Positions 19,852 to 29,321 of a DNA stretch of 64,000 nt are shown piece by piece (the first letter of the stretch is position 1; the number at the start of each line of letters is the position of its first letter). Location of the stretch: positions 224,001 through 288,000 of the forward strand of contig CAWCNJ010000008.1 of the NCBI GenBank assembly GCA_963796955.1. The letters are read 5' to 3'. A model generated the notes under the pieces. It ran no database searches and had not been told where the DNA came from. It saw only the letters and a program-made list of their open reading frames with translations. The position numbers and the translations under genes were made by a program. This stretch comes from Endomicrobiales bacterium (GTDB lineage: Bacteria > Elusimicrobiota > Endomicrobiia > Endomicrobiales > JALOBY01).

Positions 19852-20637
19852 ATGCACGTGATAGTCTGCATCAAACAGGTGCCCAACACGACAAACGTTC
19901 AGATCGACCCGCAAACGAACACCCTGAAACGCGAGGGAGTCGAGTCCATCATCAATCCGTTCGACGAATTCGCTATCGAGGAAGCCATACGCCTGAAAGA
20001 GCGTTGCGGCGCGAAAACGACGGTCGTCACCATGGGACCGCCGCAGGCTGAAGCTATACTGCGCGAAGCTATCGGTCGCGGTATAGAGAACGGCATCCTT
20101 ATCTCCGACCGGGCTTTTGCCGGTGCCGACACGTGGGCGACCGGATACACGCTGGCCATGGCGATCAAAAAGATCGGCGATGTAGATGTGATACTCTGCG
20201 GCAAACAGGCCACGGACGGCGACACTGCCCAGGTCGGGCCAAGCATAGCCGAAATGCTGGATATTCCGCATGTCGCCTACGTTAAAAAGATAGAGAACAT
20301 ATCCGAGACAACAACGACCGTCGAACGTATGATGGAAGACGGTTATGATGTGATAGAATCACCCCTGCCGGTGTTGCTGACCGTCGTCAAAGAGATCAAC
20401 ACCCCGCGCCTGCCTTCACTCAAGGGAATGATGGCGTCAAAGAAAGCGGTCATTACTGAATGGGGCGCCGCAGATATTAATGCCGAGGCGAAATTTATAG
20501 GTCTTACCGGCTCGCCGACACAGGTAAAAAAGATCTTCGCACCGCCAAGCCGTCCGGGCGGGGAAAAGCTGGAAGGCTCGCCCGAGAGCATCGGTCAAGC
20601 GCTGGTTGATAAACTTAAAAAATTACAGCTCATTTAA
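19852..20637 (+). CDS. etfB: Electron transfer flavoprotein beta subunit (bifurcating-type motifs)
   Basis: CIKQVP, NPFD, DRAFAGADT, GKQATDGDTAQVGP. Confidence 0.95.
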   Translation: MHVIVCIKQVPNTTNVQIDPQTNTLKREGVESIINPFDEFAIEEAIRLKERCGAKTTVVTMGPPQAEAILREAIGRGIENGILISDRAFAGADTWATGYTLAMAIKKIGDVDVILCGKQATDGDTAQVGPSIAEMLDIPHVAYVKKIENISETTTTVERMMEDGYDVIESPLPVLLTVVKEINTPRLPSLKGMMASKKAVITEWGAADINAEAKFIGLTGSPTQVKKIFAPPSRPGGEKLEGSPESIGQALVDKLKKLQLI

Positions 20638-20652
20638 CATCGGAGAAAAACA

Positions 20653-21882
20653 ATGTCTAATCAGATAGTTGTCTCGCTTGAAAAATGCATAGGCTGCGGG
20701 CTGTGCGCCAGCGCGTGTCCGTTCGGAGCCATCGTTATCACAGAACGCCCGGACCATCCTAAGAAACTTAAATTAGCCGTGATAGATATGCACAAATGCA
20801 CCTTCTGCGGCAGCTGCGTAGAAGCCTGCAAAAAATTCGGAGCCATATCTCTTATCAAGGAAGAGCCCATACAGCTGGACAAAGATGTTTCGCATTACAA
20901 AGGCGTCTGGGTTTATGCAGAGCAGCGCCACGGCGAAATATCTGAAGTGGTTTTTGAGCTGCTCAGCAAAGGACGTGACCTGGCTGACAAATTGCAGCAG
21001 CCGCTTACCGCCATTCTGCTTGGCGATAAGATAGAACACAAGGCGGTGGATCTGATAGCCCACGGCGCAGACAGAGTTCTCCTCTATGACGACCCGATCC
21101 TGGCCGAATTCCAGGATGACTGCTACAGCGACATCCTCTCGCACCTTATAGAATCGGACAAGCCCGAGATAGTTCTGATGGGCGCCACCAATATCGGCCG
21201 CTCCTTCGCCAGCCGCGTCGCCGCAAAGATCTATACCGGCCTCACCGCTGACTGCACCGAACTGGAGATCGACCCTGAAACCAAGCTGCTGATGCAGACC
21301 CGCCCGGCTTTTGGCGGTAACATCATGGCAACGATCCTCTGCCCGCGCCATCGCCCACAGATGTCGACCGTGCGCCATAAGGTTTTTAAGCCGGCCCCCC
21401 GCGACCCGAACAGAACCGGCGAGATAATTAAGAAAACCTTTGATGCCGCTAAAACCATAAACCGAACAAAATTCCTTAATTTCGTCAAGGACCTCGGTGC
21501 GAAAGTTAACCTCTCAGATGCCGACATCATCGTCTCAGGCGGCAGAGGCGTAGGCAAACCTGAGAACTTCAAGCTGCTGCAGGATTTTGCAGACGCTATT
21601 GGCGGAGCACTGGGCGCATCAAGAGCCGCTGTTGACGCCGGCTGGATACCCTACGCCCATCAGGTAGGCCAAACCGGGCGTACGGTAGCCCCGAAACTAT
21701 ATATCGCCTGCGGCATATCGGGCCAGATCCAACATCTCGTCGGGATGGGGTCCTCGGACATCATCGTCGCCATAAACAAAGACCCGCACTGCCCCATGAT
21801 GAAAATGGCGACCTACGCCATAGAAGGCGATCTGTTCGAGTTGATCCCGCAGATCATATCAGCGATAAAGAAAAACGGCTAA
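20653..21882 (+). CDS. etfA: ETF alpha subunit with N-terminal 2x[4Fe-4S] ferredoxin domain
   Basis: CIGCGLCASACP and CTFCGSCVEAC, then TGLTADCT, RPAFGGN, QVGQTG, GISGQIQH. Confidence 0.95.
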   Translation: MSNQIVVSLEKCIGCGLCASACPFGAIVITERPDHPKKLKLAVIDMHKCTFCGSCVEACKKFGAISLIKEEPIQLDKDVSHYKGVWVYAEQRHGEISEVVFELLSKGRDLADKLQQPLTAILLGDKIEHKAVDLIAHGADRVLLYDDPILAEFQDDCYSDILSHLIESDKPEIVLMGATNIGRSFASRVAAKIYTGLTADCTELEIDPETKLLMQTRPAFGGNIMATILCPRHRPQMSTVRHKVFKPAPRDPNRTGEIIKKTFDAAKTINRTKFLNFVKDLGAKVNLSDADIIVSGGRGVGKPENFKLLQDFADAIGGALGASRAAVDAGWIPYAHQVGQTGRTVAPKLYIACGISGQIQHLVGMGSSDIIVAINKDPHCPMMKMATYAIEGDLFELIPQIISAIKKNG

Positions 21883-21902
21883 TTCATTCTTTCTGGGGAA
21901 TT

Positions 21903-23768
21903 ATGAAACGATCGTGGGTGTTGCCATGCCTGCTGCTCTGTATAACTGTTCCTGTCGCTGCAACGAACAGGACCAATTTTTTATCCCACGGTCCTTCGAC
22001 AGAGGCGTACGGGCGCGGTGAGACGGGCGCATCCAGCGGTACTGACATAGCGGCGGCATTTTATAATCCATCTCTCCTCTCCGGATTGCCGAACTGGGGA
22101 GCATCTCTTTCTGAATTTCCGTTGTACGACGGCTCCAATTACAGCTTCGCCGGGATCGGTAAGAATATCGACAACTTCGGTTTCATCGGACTGTCGGCTA
22201 TAAATCTTACCAGCGGTGAGGTTGAACTACGCGAAAACCTTACGCTTGACGCAGACAACACAACCCAGGCAAAAAGCTGGGCATACCTGATATCGTACGC
22301 ACGACCTCTCCCGCGGCTCTACGGCATTACCGCCGGCGCTAATATCAAATATATCTCACTGGACATAGATCAGCATTCCGGCGGGGCTCTTGGCGCCGAT
22401 ATCGGATTGTCCCGCGGTTTAACGCTGCCGGCGCTATTCGAATCTGAAACTGAACTTCAACTGGGACTTGCGGCGATTAACATTTTGCAGCCTTCTGTGA
22501 CGCTTATATCTCAAGCGGATACCTATGCAACCACCTATAGAGCCGGGGCCAGCTGGCACGTACCGACCGTTATGAGGGCGCTGGATTTTGATACCGCATC
22601 CATCTACACCGACGTTGTCATGGAAGACAGTACCATCAATTGTAACGCCGGCCTTGAATACGCCTTCGCCGGCCGATACATAGCACGTGCGGGAATGTAT
22701 GGGGATCACTACACCGCGGGACTCGGCTACCGCCTTTCAATACTGCATGTTGATTATGCCATGGATTTTGCGGGCTACACCAGTTTCAACCGCTTTAGCG
22801 TAAGCTATTTTTGGGGCGACGGGCAGAAACATCAACCATCTCCCAGACAGCCGGCAGCCGACAACACAGTCATCACCTCAAGCGCAGCACACGATGCCGC
22901 AGGTGTTACAGACCTGATGGTAGAGGCGAAACAGGCCTTAGCCCTCAGCAAAGAACAACAAGCCGCTCGTGACAAAGAAATAACCGTTCTGTATAAAGCT
23001 GCCAAGAAAGATTACAACAAAAAACGCTATTTAGTGGCTACAGAAAAGTTCAGCAACCTGATAATGAATTACCCGGAATGTAAGAACGCCGCTAAATATT
23101 ATTTACTGATCACAGAAAAGATGTTCGGCACGGCAACATCCGACAGTATGAGCGATTTCGAAGAACTCTCCTACGCTAAAGGGTACGTGGCTTACAAACA
23201 GCAAAATTTCCACGACGCGCTGAACGAATGGGAAAAAGTTATACAAACAAACCCCAAGCGCACCGAACTTACGGAATATATTGAAAAAGCATCCGTCTAC
23301 CTGAAAGATCAGGCGCGCGCTGCCCGAGAGCGCGAAGCGAACGAGAAAGCGCAGGCAATATTCGACGAAGGCGTAAAACACTTCAACGACAACAAACTGG
23401 TAGCCTGCATAAAGAAAATGGAATCTCTGCAGGATTTCTGCAAAGCGCAGCCTGATTTCTCTAAAGCCGCGGACTGGACGAACAAAGCTACAGAATATAT
23501 AAATAAGTCCCTCAAAGACCTTGCTGCCTCGCTTAAGAAAGAGCGCAAAGCCCGCACGCAGGAAGTAAAGGTCCAGGAGCAGAAGAAACCTGAAGTGGAA
23601 CTGGACACCGAGGGCGCCGACAAGCGATACAAAGAGGGCCTTATCCTCTACGCCCAGGGCAAAACAAGCGACGCTATTAATATGTGGGAAATAGCCATCC
23701 GGTTGAACCCCAATCATGAAAAAGCACAAAAAGCCATCGTCAAAGCAAACGAAGAATTGAAGAGATAA
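21903..23768 (+). CDS. Secreted PorV/PorQ-like beta-barrel protein with C-terminal TPR repeats
   Basis: Signal peptide, G...A.GRG...D..AAFYNPS.L N-terminal motif, amphipathic beta strands, TPR-like C-terminus (A..W..AIRLNPNH..A). Confidence 0.6.
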   Translation: MKRSWVLPCLLLCITVPVAATNRTNFLSHGPSTEAYGRGETGASSGTDIAAAFYNPSLLSGLPNWGASLSEFPLYDGSNYSFAGIGKNIDNFGFIGLSAINLTSGEVELRENLTLDADNTTQAKSWAYLISYARPLPRLYGITAGANIKYISLDIDQHSGGALGADIGLSRGLTLPALFESETELQLGLAAINILQPSVTLISQADTYATTYRAGASWHVPTVMRALDFDTASIYTDVVMEDSTINCNAGLEYAFAGRYIARAGMYGDHYTAGLGYRLSILHVDYAMDFAGYTSFNRFSVSYFWGDGQKHQPSPRQPAADNTVITSSAAHDAAGVTDLMVEAKQALALSKEQQAARDKEITVLYKAAKKDYNKKRYLVATEKFSNLIMNYPECKNAAKYYLLITEKMFGTATSDSMSDFEELSYAKGYVAYKQQNFHDALNEWEKVIQTNPKRTELTEYIEKASVYLKDQARAAREREANEKAQAIFDEGVKHFNDNKLVACIKKMESLQDFCKAQPDFSKAADWTNKATEYINKSLKDLAASLKKERKARTQEVKVQEQKKPEVELDTEGADKRYKEGLILYAQGKTSDAINMWEIAIRLNPNHEKAQKAIVKANEELKR

Positions 23769-23803
23769 GCAAGTACAATGCGCCCTGAGGTCAGCAAGTT
23801 TTC

Positions 23804-23832
23804 TTGACAATAAAAAGGTTTTGATGTATAAT
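23804..23832 (+). promoter_or_regulatory. Consensus sigma70 promoter of the hydrogenase operon
   Basis: TTGACA-17 bp-TATAAT. Confidence 0.85.
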
Positions 23833-23874
23833 CAGTGTGAACCTGAACAACGGTTCTCATTTTTTAGGGCCACA

Positions 23875-23892
23875 TTGTGAAATATTTCACAA
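23875..23892. promoter_or_regulatory. Rex operator (perfect palindrome)
   Basis: TTGTGAAATATTTCACAA matches the Rex consensus TTGTGAA-N4-TTCACAA; downstream of the promoter. Confidence 0.75.
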
Positions 23893-23976
23893 GCAACATG
23901 TAACCTAGTCAATTATTCTGTCCGAGGGAACCATCGCTGTTTTCCTCATTAAATAACCGACGAAGACCTGGTCATT

Positions 23977-25017
23977 ATGGCAACATACTTTATTTCAACC
24001 GTTAACTGGGCTGATTTCGTTCAGTCCATTTCAAAACAATTTACTACTTTTTGCCTGCAGGGGTATGGGAAGAATTTGTTTTGGGAACCCATAACGCCCG
24101 AGAACATAGAGAGCGCGATCGTTTCAAAATATCGCGCCGTAACTCCGGTCAAGCAGTTCTTTTTTCCGCTCAAAGAAGAAGTAACGAAAGAGCCGGCGGA
24201 AAAAAAGGTGCTGCTTATCGGCGTAAAGGCATGCGATCTGGCCCACCTGACCACCGCTGATAATATTTTTCTTGGCGGCGTGCTGGTAGACCCGTATTAT
24301 GCCGTCAAACGGCAGAACACCATCATTATTTCAAGCGATTGCAATGATTATCTGCCGACGTGTTTTTGCACGCACATGGAAGGTTCTCCAAGTCCTTCCA
24401 AAGGGTACGATCTGAACCTCACATCGGTCAGGGGCGGCTATATCGTTGAGACGGGCACGGCCAAGGGTGAAGACCTGGTAGCGCAAAGAAAGAACCTGTT
24501 CCAGGTGGCGCAGGCGGAATTGATCGCCGCGCGCAAAGCCCAGCGGGCCAAGATGGTCCAGGCGGTCACGGAGAACAACGCGCAGTTCCACTGGTCCAAT
24601 CCTCACGACCTGGTAAGCGCGACCTGCGACACGGCCCCCTGGAAAAATGATATTGCAAAGACCTGTGTAGAGTGCGACGCCTGCAGGTTCGCCTGCGGTT
24701 CATGCTACTGTTTTCTTCTGGGCGAAACGAAAAAATTGTGGGAGAAAACACGCACGTGGGATTCCTGCCAGTCCTGCGGTTATGGCCGTGTCGCCGGCGG
24801 CGCTAATCCTCGCAAAACACGGGACGAAAGATTACGTAATTTCTATACGTGTAAGCTGGTGTACCGGAAAGAGAACTTCGGTTCGTACGCCTGCACGGGC
24901 TGCGGCCGCTGCATAGAGGTGTGCCAGGGTAAGATCGATATCCGCAAGTCGCTGGAAAAGCTTAACGATGCCAACGAGAGCAGCAAGATAAAAGAGAGCG
25001 ATAAGAAAGATGTTTAA
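23977..25017 (+). CDS. 4Fe-4S protein, sulfhydrogenase beta (HydB)/AsrA-like
   Basis: GVKACDL, DPYY, C...CFC, CVECDACRFACGSCYCF, RTWDSC, CTGCGRCIEVC. Confidence 0.85.
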   Translation: MATYFISTVNWADFVQSISKQFTTFCLQGYGKNLFWEPITPENIESAIVSKYRAVTPVKQFFFPLKEEVTKEPAEKKVLLIGVKACDLAHLTTADNIFLGGVLVDPYYAVKRQNTIIISSDCNDYLPTCFCTHMEGSPSPSKGYDLNLTSVRGGYIVETGTAKGEDLVAQRKNLFQVAQAELIAARKAQRAKMVQAVTENNAQFHWSNPHDLVSATCDTAPWKNDIAKTCVECDACRFACGSCYCFLLGETKKLWEKTRTWDSCQSCGYGRVAGGANPRKTRDERLRNFYTCKLVYRKENFGSYACTGCGRCIEVCQGKIDIRKSLEKLNDANESSKIKESDKKDV

Positions 25018-25834
25018 AAGCCCGTATCAACCAATAGCGGCGACCCTGGAAAAAGTCATAGAGGAATCGTCAAATATAAAAACGTTCGTTCTGCGGCCGC
25101 ACGAACCGTTCTCGTTCATAACGGGACAGTTCATTGAACTGTCACTGCCCGGCGTCGGCGAAGCGCCTTTCACGCCGTCGTCCTCGCCGATGGACACCAG
25201 CACGATCGACGTTACGATCATGAAGGCCGGTATGCTGACCGAACGTATTCATGCCCTGAAAGGCGGTGAAACACTGGGCATCCGCGGGCCGTACGGGACC
25301 GGCTATCCCGTCGACAAATTTCACGGCAAGGAAGTGCTTATCCTGGGTGGAGGCGTTGGTTTGGCGCCGCTGCGTTCTTTCATGTACACCTGCTTTTCCC
25401 AGATCGATAAATTCAAGAACCTTGTGCTGTGCTACGGCTCCAAAACGCCGGACGACGTGGTTTACAAATACCTGTTCCCCGAATGGGAAAGAATTAAGGG
25501 GTTCGATATTTTAAAAAGCGTCGATAAATGTCCGATCGGCTCCTGGAACGGGCAGGTGGGACTGGTCACCTGTCTGCTAGACAGCATGAAAAAGATGGAC
25601 ACCGAGCGCGCGGTAGCGGTGGTTTGCGGTCCTCCGATAATGATGAAATTCGGGACCATCAAACTCCTTGAGCTTGGTTTTAAACCGGCTAACATCTACC
25701 TGTCTATGGAAACGAACATGTCGTGCGGCCTGGGAAAATGCGGCCACTGCCAGCTGGGGCCCTATTTTATCTGTAAGGACGGACCGGTATTCACCTACGA
25801 GCAGATAAAAACTATTCCGGGCGCGTTCCACTAA
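25010..25834 (+). CDS. FAD/NAD(P)-binding [2Fe-2S] protein, sulfhydrogenase gamma (HydG)/AsrB-like
   Basis: GEAPF, RGPYG, GGGVGLAPLRS, CGPPIMM, MSCGLGKCGHC..CKDGPVF. Confidence 0.88.
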   Translation: MFKSPYQPIAATLEKVIEESSNIKTFVLRPHEPFSFITGQFIELSLPGVGEAPFTPSSSPMDTSTIDVTIMKAGMLTERIHALKGGETLGIRGPYGTGYPVDKFHGKEVLILGGGVGLAPLRSFMYTCFSQIDKFKNLVLCYGSKTPDDVVYKYLFPEWERIKGFDILKSVDKCPIGSWNGQVGLVTCLLDSMKKMDTERAVAVVCGPPIMMKFGTIKLLELGFKPANIYLSMETNMSCGLGKCGHCQLGPYFICKDGPVFTYEQIKTIPGAFH

Positions 25835-25837
25835 TTT

Positions 25838-26326
25838 ATGAAAAAACTTTTGATTGATCTTGAGAAGTGTTATAACTGTGATAAAAAATGCATGGTAAAG
25901 TGCAGTTATCACACCAATGCGGGCGGGGAAGTTTTCACGCGGTTGGTCGCCCTGGGTATTCAGGAACACGTGTGCCGCCGCTGCGAAGAGCCGCCCTGCG
26001 TGAACGCGTGCCCGCAAAAGGCGCTGGAGAAAGACGCGAACGGGATGCTGCAACGCTACTCAATGCGCTGCACATCGTGCAAGACCTGTACGGTCGCCTG
26101 TCCGTTCGGCGTTATTATCCCTGAGATCGTTGAATACAAGACCATCGGCTGCGATCTCTGCGAAGGCCGCTGCGACGACAACACTCCGCCGCTGTGCGCT
26201 AAGGAATGCCCGAACCACGCATTCCAATGGGTGGAAACAGCCGAGGACCCGTCAAAAGATATCTATGCGGTGCGCGGCGGAAAATATTTTGTGCACACGG
26301 TAAGATGGCGGGGACCGGTAAAATGA
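25838..26326 (+). CDS. Polyferredoxin electron-transfer subunit (HycB/DmsB-like)
   Basis: CRRCEEPPCVNACP, CTSCKTCTVACPFG, CDLC..PLCAKECP. Confidence 0.85.
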   Translation: MKKLLIDLEKCYNCDKKCMVKCSYHTNAGGEVFTRLVALGIQEHVCRRCEEPPCVNACPQKALEKDANGMLQRYSMRCTSCKTCTVACPFGVIIPEIVEYKTIGCDLCEGRCDDNTPPLCAKECPNHAFQWVETAEDPSKDIYAVRGGKYFVHTVRWRGPVK

Positions 26327-27234
26327 TGATCTCGCTCTTTCACTATTTTGTGTTCCCGGGTTTACTGTTCCTGATAGCGGCTGGCGTACTGGTATCCTGG
26401 ATAGACCGCAAGGTAACGGCCCGGGTGCAATGGCGTCAGGGCCCGCCGCTGCTGCAGCCGGCCTACGATCTTATAAAACTTTTCATGAAAGAGATCATCG
26501 TGCCGGTGCACGGCAACGCGCGGCTGTTCATCCTGGCGCCCGCCATTGCGGTCTTGTGCGTCGTATTGGTGGCAAATCATGTCTTGCTGGTGGCATTTCA
26601 GCCGTCTGCCGGGTACGCTGGTGATGTGGTCGTCGTTCTGTATCTGTTCGCCATGCTGCCTCTGTGTTCAGTGCTCGGCGCCTCCGCTTCGGGCAATCCC
26701 ATGGCTTCCGTGGGCGCCAGCAGGGAAATGAAGCTGGTGTTAAGCTACGAACTGCCGCTGATCATCGCCGTGCTGCTCCCCGCGCTTAAAGCAGGCACAT
26801 TCTCTCTGCGGGAATTAGCCGCTTTTCAACAGAGCAACGGTTCTTTCGCCGCCAGTTTTTCAGGCTTTCTAGCCATGGTGATCGCCTTCGTGTGCCTGCA
26901 GGGGAAAATGGGTCTGGTGCCCTTTGACGCCGCCGAGGCCGAACAGGAAATATCCGGCGGCAGCATGATAGAATATTCAGGACCGCTGCTGGCCCTGTGG
27001 AAGTTCAGTAAAATGGTCATGCTGATCGCGGCGCCTTTTTTTATCGCAACCGTGTTCTGGGGCGGCGGAAAACCCGTTCTGCTGATCGTTAAATATGTTG
27101 TTCTGTTGTCGGCTGCGATCGTAATGCGCAACACCAATCCGCGTCTGCGTATAGACCAGATCGTAAAATTTTTCTGGGGGATCGTGACCGTTGCCGCCGT
27201 TCTTGCGCTGGGATTATCGGCCATTGGCTTTTAA
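26323..27234 (+). CDS. Hydrogenase membrane anchor (NuoH/HycD/MbhM-like)
   Basis: DRKVTARVQWRQGPP, PFDAAEAEQE, EYSG, PRLRIDQ. Confidence 0.9.
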   Translation: MMISLFHYFVFPGLLFLIAAGVLVSWIDRKVTARVQWRQGPPLLQPAYDLIKLFMKEIIVPVHGNARLFILAPAIAVLCVVLVANHVLLVAFQPSAGYAGDVVVVLYLFAMLPLCSVLGASASGNPMASVGASREMKLVLSYELPLIIAVLLPALKAGTFSLRELAAFQQSNGSFAASFSGFLAMVIAFVCLQGKMGLVPFDAAEAEQEISGGSMIEYSGPLLALWKFSKMVMLIAAPFFIATVFWGGGKPVLLIVKYVVLLSAAIVMRNTNPRLRIDQIVKFFWGIVTVAAVLALGLSAIGF

Positions 27235-27247
27235 TGAAAAATATAAT

Positions 27248-27679
27248 ATGATTACCAAAGAGAAACTTTTTACCAAATCGCTGTTCGCACTGCACGTGCC
27301 CTGCAGCCCCTGCAACAATTGCGACATAGAGATCGCGGCGCTTTTCACGCCGCGGTTCGATGTCGAGAGGCTGGGTATCCAGCTGGTCGGTTCCGTGCGG
27401 CACGCCGATGTGCTGGTCTGCACAGGCTGTATCAACAATAAGATCGTACACCGTCTGCGTAAAATTTACGAGCAGGCGCCGAAACCGGTATACGTTATAG
27501 CGATCGGCGGCTGTGCGTGCTCCGAGATAATTTTCAAAGACTCGTACAATACATGCGGTCCTCTCGATAAGATATTACCCGTCGATGTGTATGTGCCGGG
27601 CTGCCCCCCGCGTCCTGAAGCAATGATGGCGGGCTTTTTAAAGCTTATTGAAAAGATTAAAGCAGGTAAACCAAAATGA
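27248..27679 (+). CDS. Group 4 [NiFe]-hydrogenase small subunit (NuoB/MbhJ-like)
   Basis: CNNCDIE, DVERLG, RHADVL, GGCAC, PGCPPRPE. Confidence 0.92.
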   Translation: MITKEKLFTKSLFALHVPCSPCNNCDIEIAALFTPRFDVERLGIQLVGSVRHADVLVCTGCINNKIVHRLRKIYEQAPKPVYVIAIGGCACSEIIFKDSYNTCGPLDKILPVDVYVPGCPPRPEAMMAGFLKLIEKIKAGKPK

Positions 27680-28131
27680 ATGAAACATTACAGAAAATTA
27701 AAGACAATTTCGGCGATACGATAACGGTCTGGGATGAAAGCCATGCAGGAAAGGTCTATATCGACCTTAACGACACGAAGATCAGGACGGTGGCAAGCCA
27801 TATGCACAACGCCGCTCACGCGCGATTCATTTCGATCACGGCTTCGGACGTCCCGTCCGGCATAGAGCTGTTGTATCATTTTTCTCTGGACAGCGCCGGT
27901 TTGGTCGTATCGTTCAGAGTACTGCTGGCAGACAAACAAGACCCTTCGATAGAAACGATCGCACCGTTGTTCAGGGGCGCCCACTGGATAGAGAGAGAAG
28001 TGCACGAGCTGATGGGTGTGAACTTCGCGGGGAACAGTGAACAGAACAATCACCTTCTGCTGCCGGAAGATTGGCCCGGGGGCGTCTATCCTCTCAGGAA
28101 AACCTTCGTCAGTGAAAAGGCAAGATCATGA
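27676..28131 (+). CDS. NuoC/MbhK-like subunit
   Basis: ELLYHF, WIEREVHELMGV.F, LLPEDWP..YPLRK. Confidence 0.88.
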   Translation: MNETLQKIKDNFGDTITVWDESHAGKVYIDLNDTKIRTVASHMHNAAHARFISITASDVPSGIELLYHFSLDSAGLVVSFRVLLADKQDPSIETIAPLFRGAHWIEREVHELMGVNFAGNSEQNNHLLLPEDWPGGVYPLRKTFVSEKARS

Positions 28132-29321
28132 CAGAATTAAATAAAACGATCATCCCCATAGGTCCCTATCACCCTCTGCAGGAAGAGCCGGAGTTCTTCA
28201 AACTGCATGTCGACGGCGAAAAGGTGGTAGGTATCGATATCGAGATCGGGTACAATCACCGGGGGATAGAAAAACTCTCCGAATCGAAACATTATGACCA
28301 GAGCCTGTTCCTGGTAGAGCGCATCTGCGGTATTTGTTCCACCAGCCATCCGCTTGCATTTGCGAGCGCTGTTGAGAACCTGGCCGGGATCGAAATACCT
28401 GACCGGGCGAAATATATACGCAGCTTTGTCGGAGAGATGGAACGGGTGCATAGCCACCTGTTATGGCTGGGTCTTGCCGGACATTTTATCGGCTATAACA
28501 CCGTTTGGATGTGGGCATGGAAATACCGTGAGCCGGTGCTGGACATATTCGAAAAGATCGCCGGGAACCGCCAGCATTACGCGATGATGAAGATAGGCGG
28601 TGTCAGGCGCGACATTCCGAAAGAAGATATCCCCTGGATACGTGCGACGCTCAACGATCTGCGCGTCCACATGGAAATGCTGCGGGACGCGATAATCGAC
28701 GATCCGGTGCTCCATGCCAGACTTAAAGGTATCGGAACATTGACAAAAAAGGACGTTATAGATTTCTGCGCGACCGGCCCGTTGGCGAGAGCCTCAGGCT
28801 TGGATATCGACGTCAGGCGCGATGCGCCTTACGCAGCCTACCCGATGCTGGATTTTAAGGTCATCACGGCCGCCGAAGGCGACATATACGCAAAGACCAT
28901 CGTCAGGATACTGGAAATACTCGAAGCGATAAAAATAGGCCACCAATGCATCAACTGGCTTGAAACGAACAACGGTGAGCTGTCCCTGAATATCAAAGAT
29001 ATCCCTGCCGGCGAAGGGATCGGCCGCCATGAAGCGCCGCGCGGCGAATGTTTCCATTACGTGAAAAGCGACCGCACGACCAGGCCTGTACGGCACAAGG
29101 TGCGTTCACCGTCTTTCATGAACGTCGCGACCAACGCCCAGGCGGTGTTAGGCTACCACATATCAGACGCACTGATAGTGCTGGGCGCCGTCGACCCGTG
29201 CTATTGCTGCGCGGAACGGCTGGCGGTAGTTCGCGATAACCGCGGCGAAACCGCTTTGTCTTACGGTGATCTGCTGAAATTGTCATGTGAAAAAACTGAA
29301 CGCTTAAGGAAACAATTTTAA
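28128..29321 (+). CDS. Group 4 [NiFe]-hydrogenase large subunit (probably 4g-like)
   Basis: GPYHP..EP, HRGIEK, L1 ERICGICS, EAPRGE, L2 DPCYCCAER plus a cleavable C-terminal tail. Confidence 0.92.
   Translation: MTELNKTIIPIGPYHPLQEEPEFFKLHVDGEKVVGIDIEIGYNHRGIEKLSESKHYDQSLFLVERICGICSTSHPLAFASAVENLAGIEIPDRAKYIRSFVGEMERVHSHLLWLGLAGHFIGYNTVWMWAWKYREPVLDIFEKIAGNRQHYAMMKIGGVRRDIPKEDIPWIRATLNDLRVHMEMLRDAIIDDPVLHARLKGIGTLTKKDVIDFCATGPLARASGLDIDVRRDAPYAAYPMLDFKVITAAEGDIYAKTIVRILEILEAIKIGHQCINWLETNNGELSLNIKDIPAGEGIGRHEAPRGECFHYVKSDRTTRPVRHKVRSPSFMNVATNAQAVLGYHISDALIVLGAVDPCYCCAERLAVVRDNRGETALSYGDLLKLSCEKTERLRKQF

Noticed and set aside
19408..20271. 287-aa minus-strand ORF as an alternative gene in the broken ACAD region
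   Set aside because: Overlaps etfB antisense, and the plus strand clearly carries ACAD motifs
23977..25834. Anaerobic sulfite reductase AsrABC
   Set aside because: No siroheme AsrC subunit in the window
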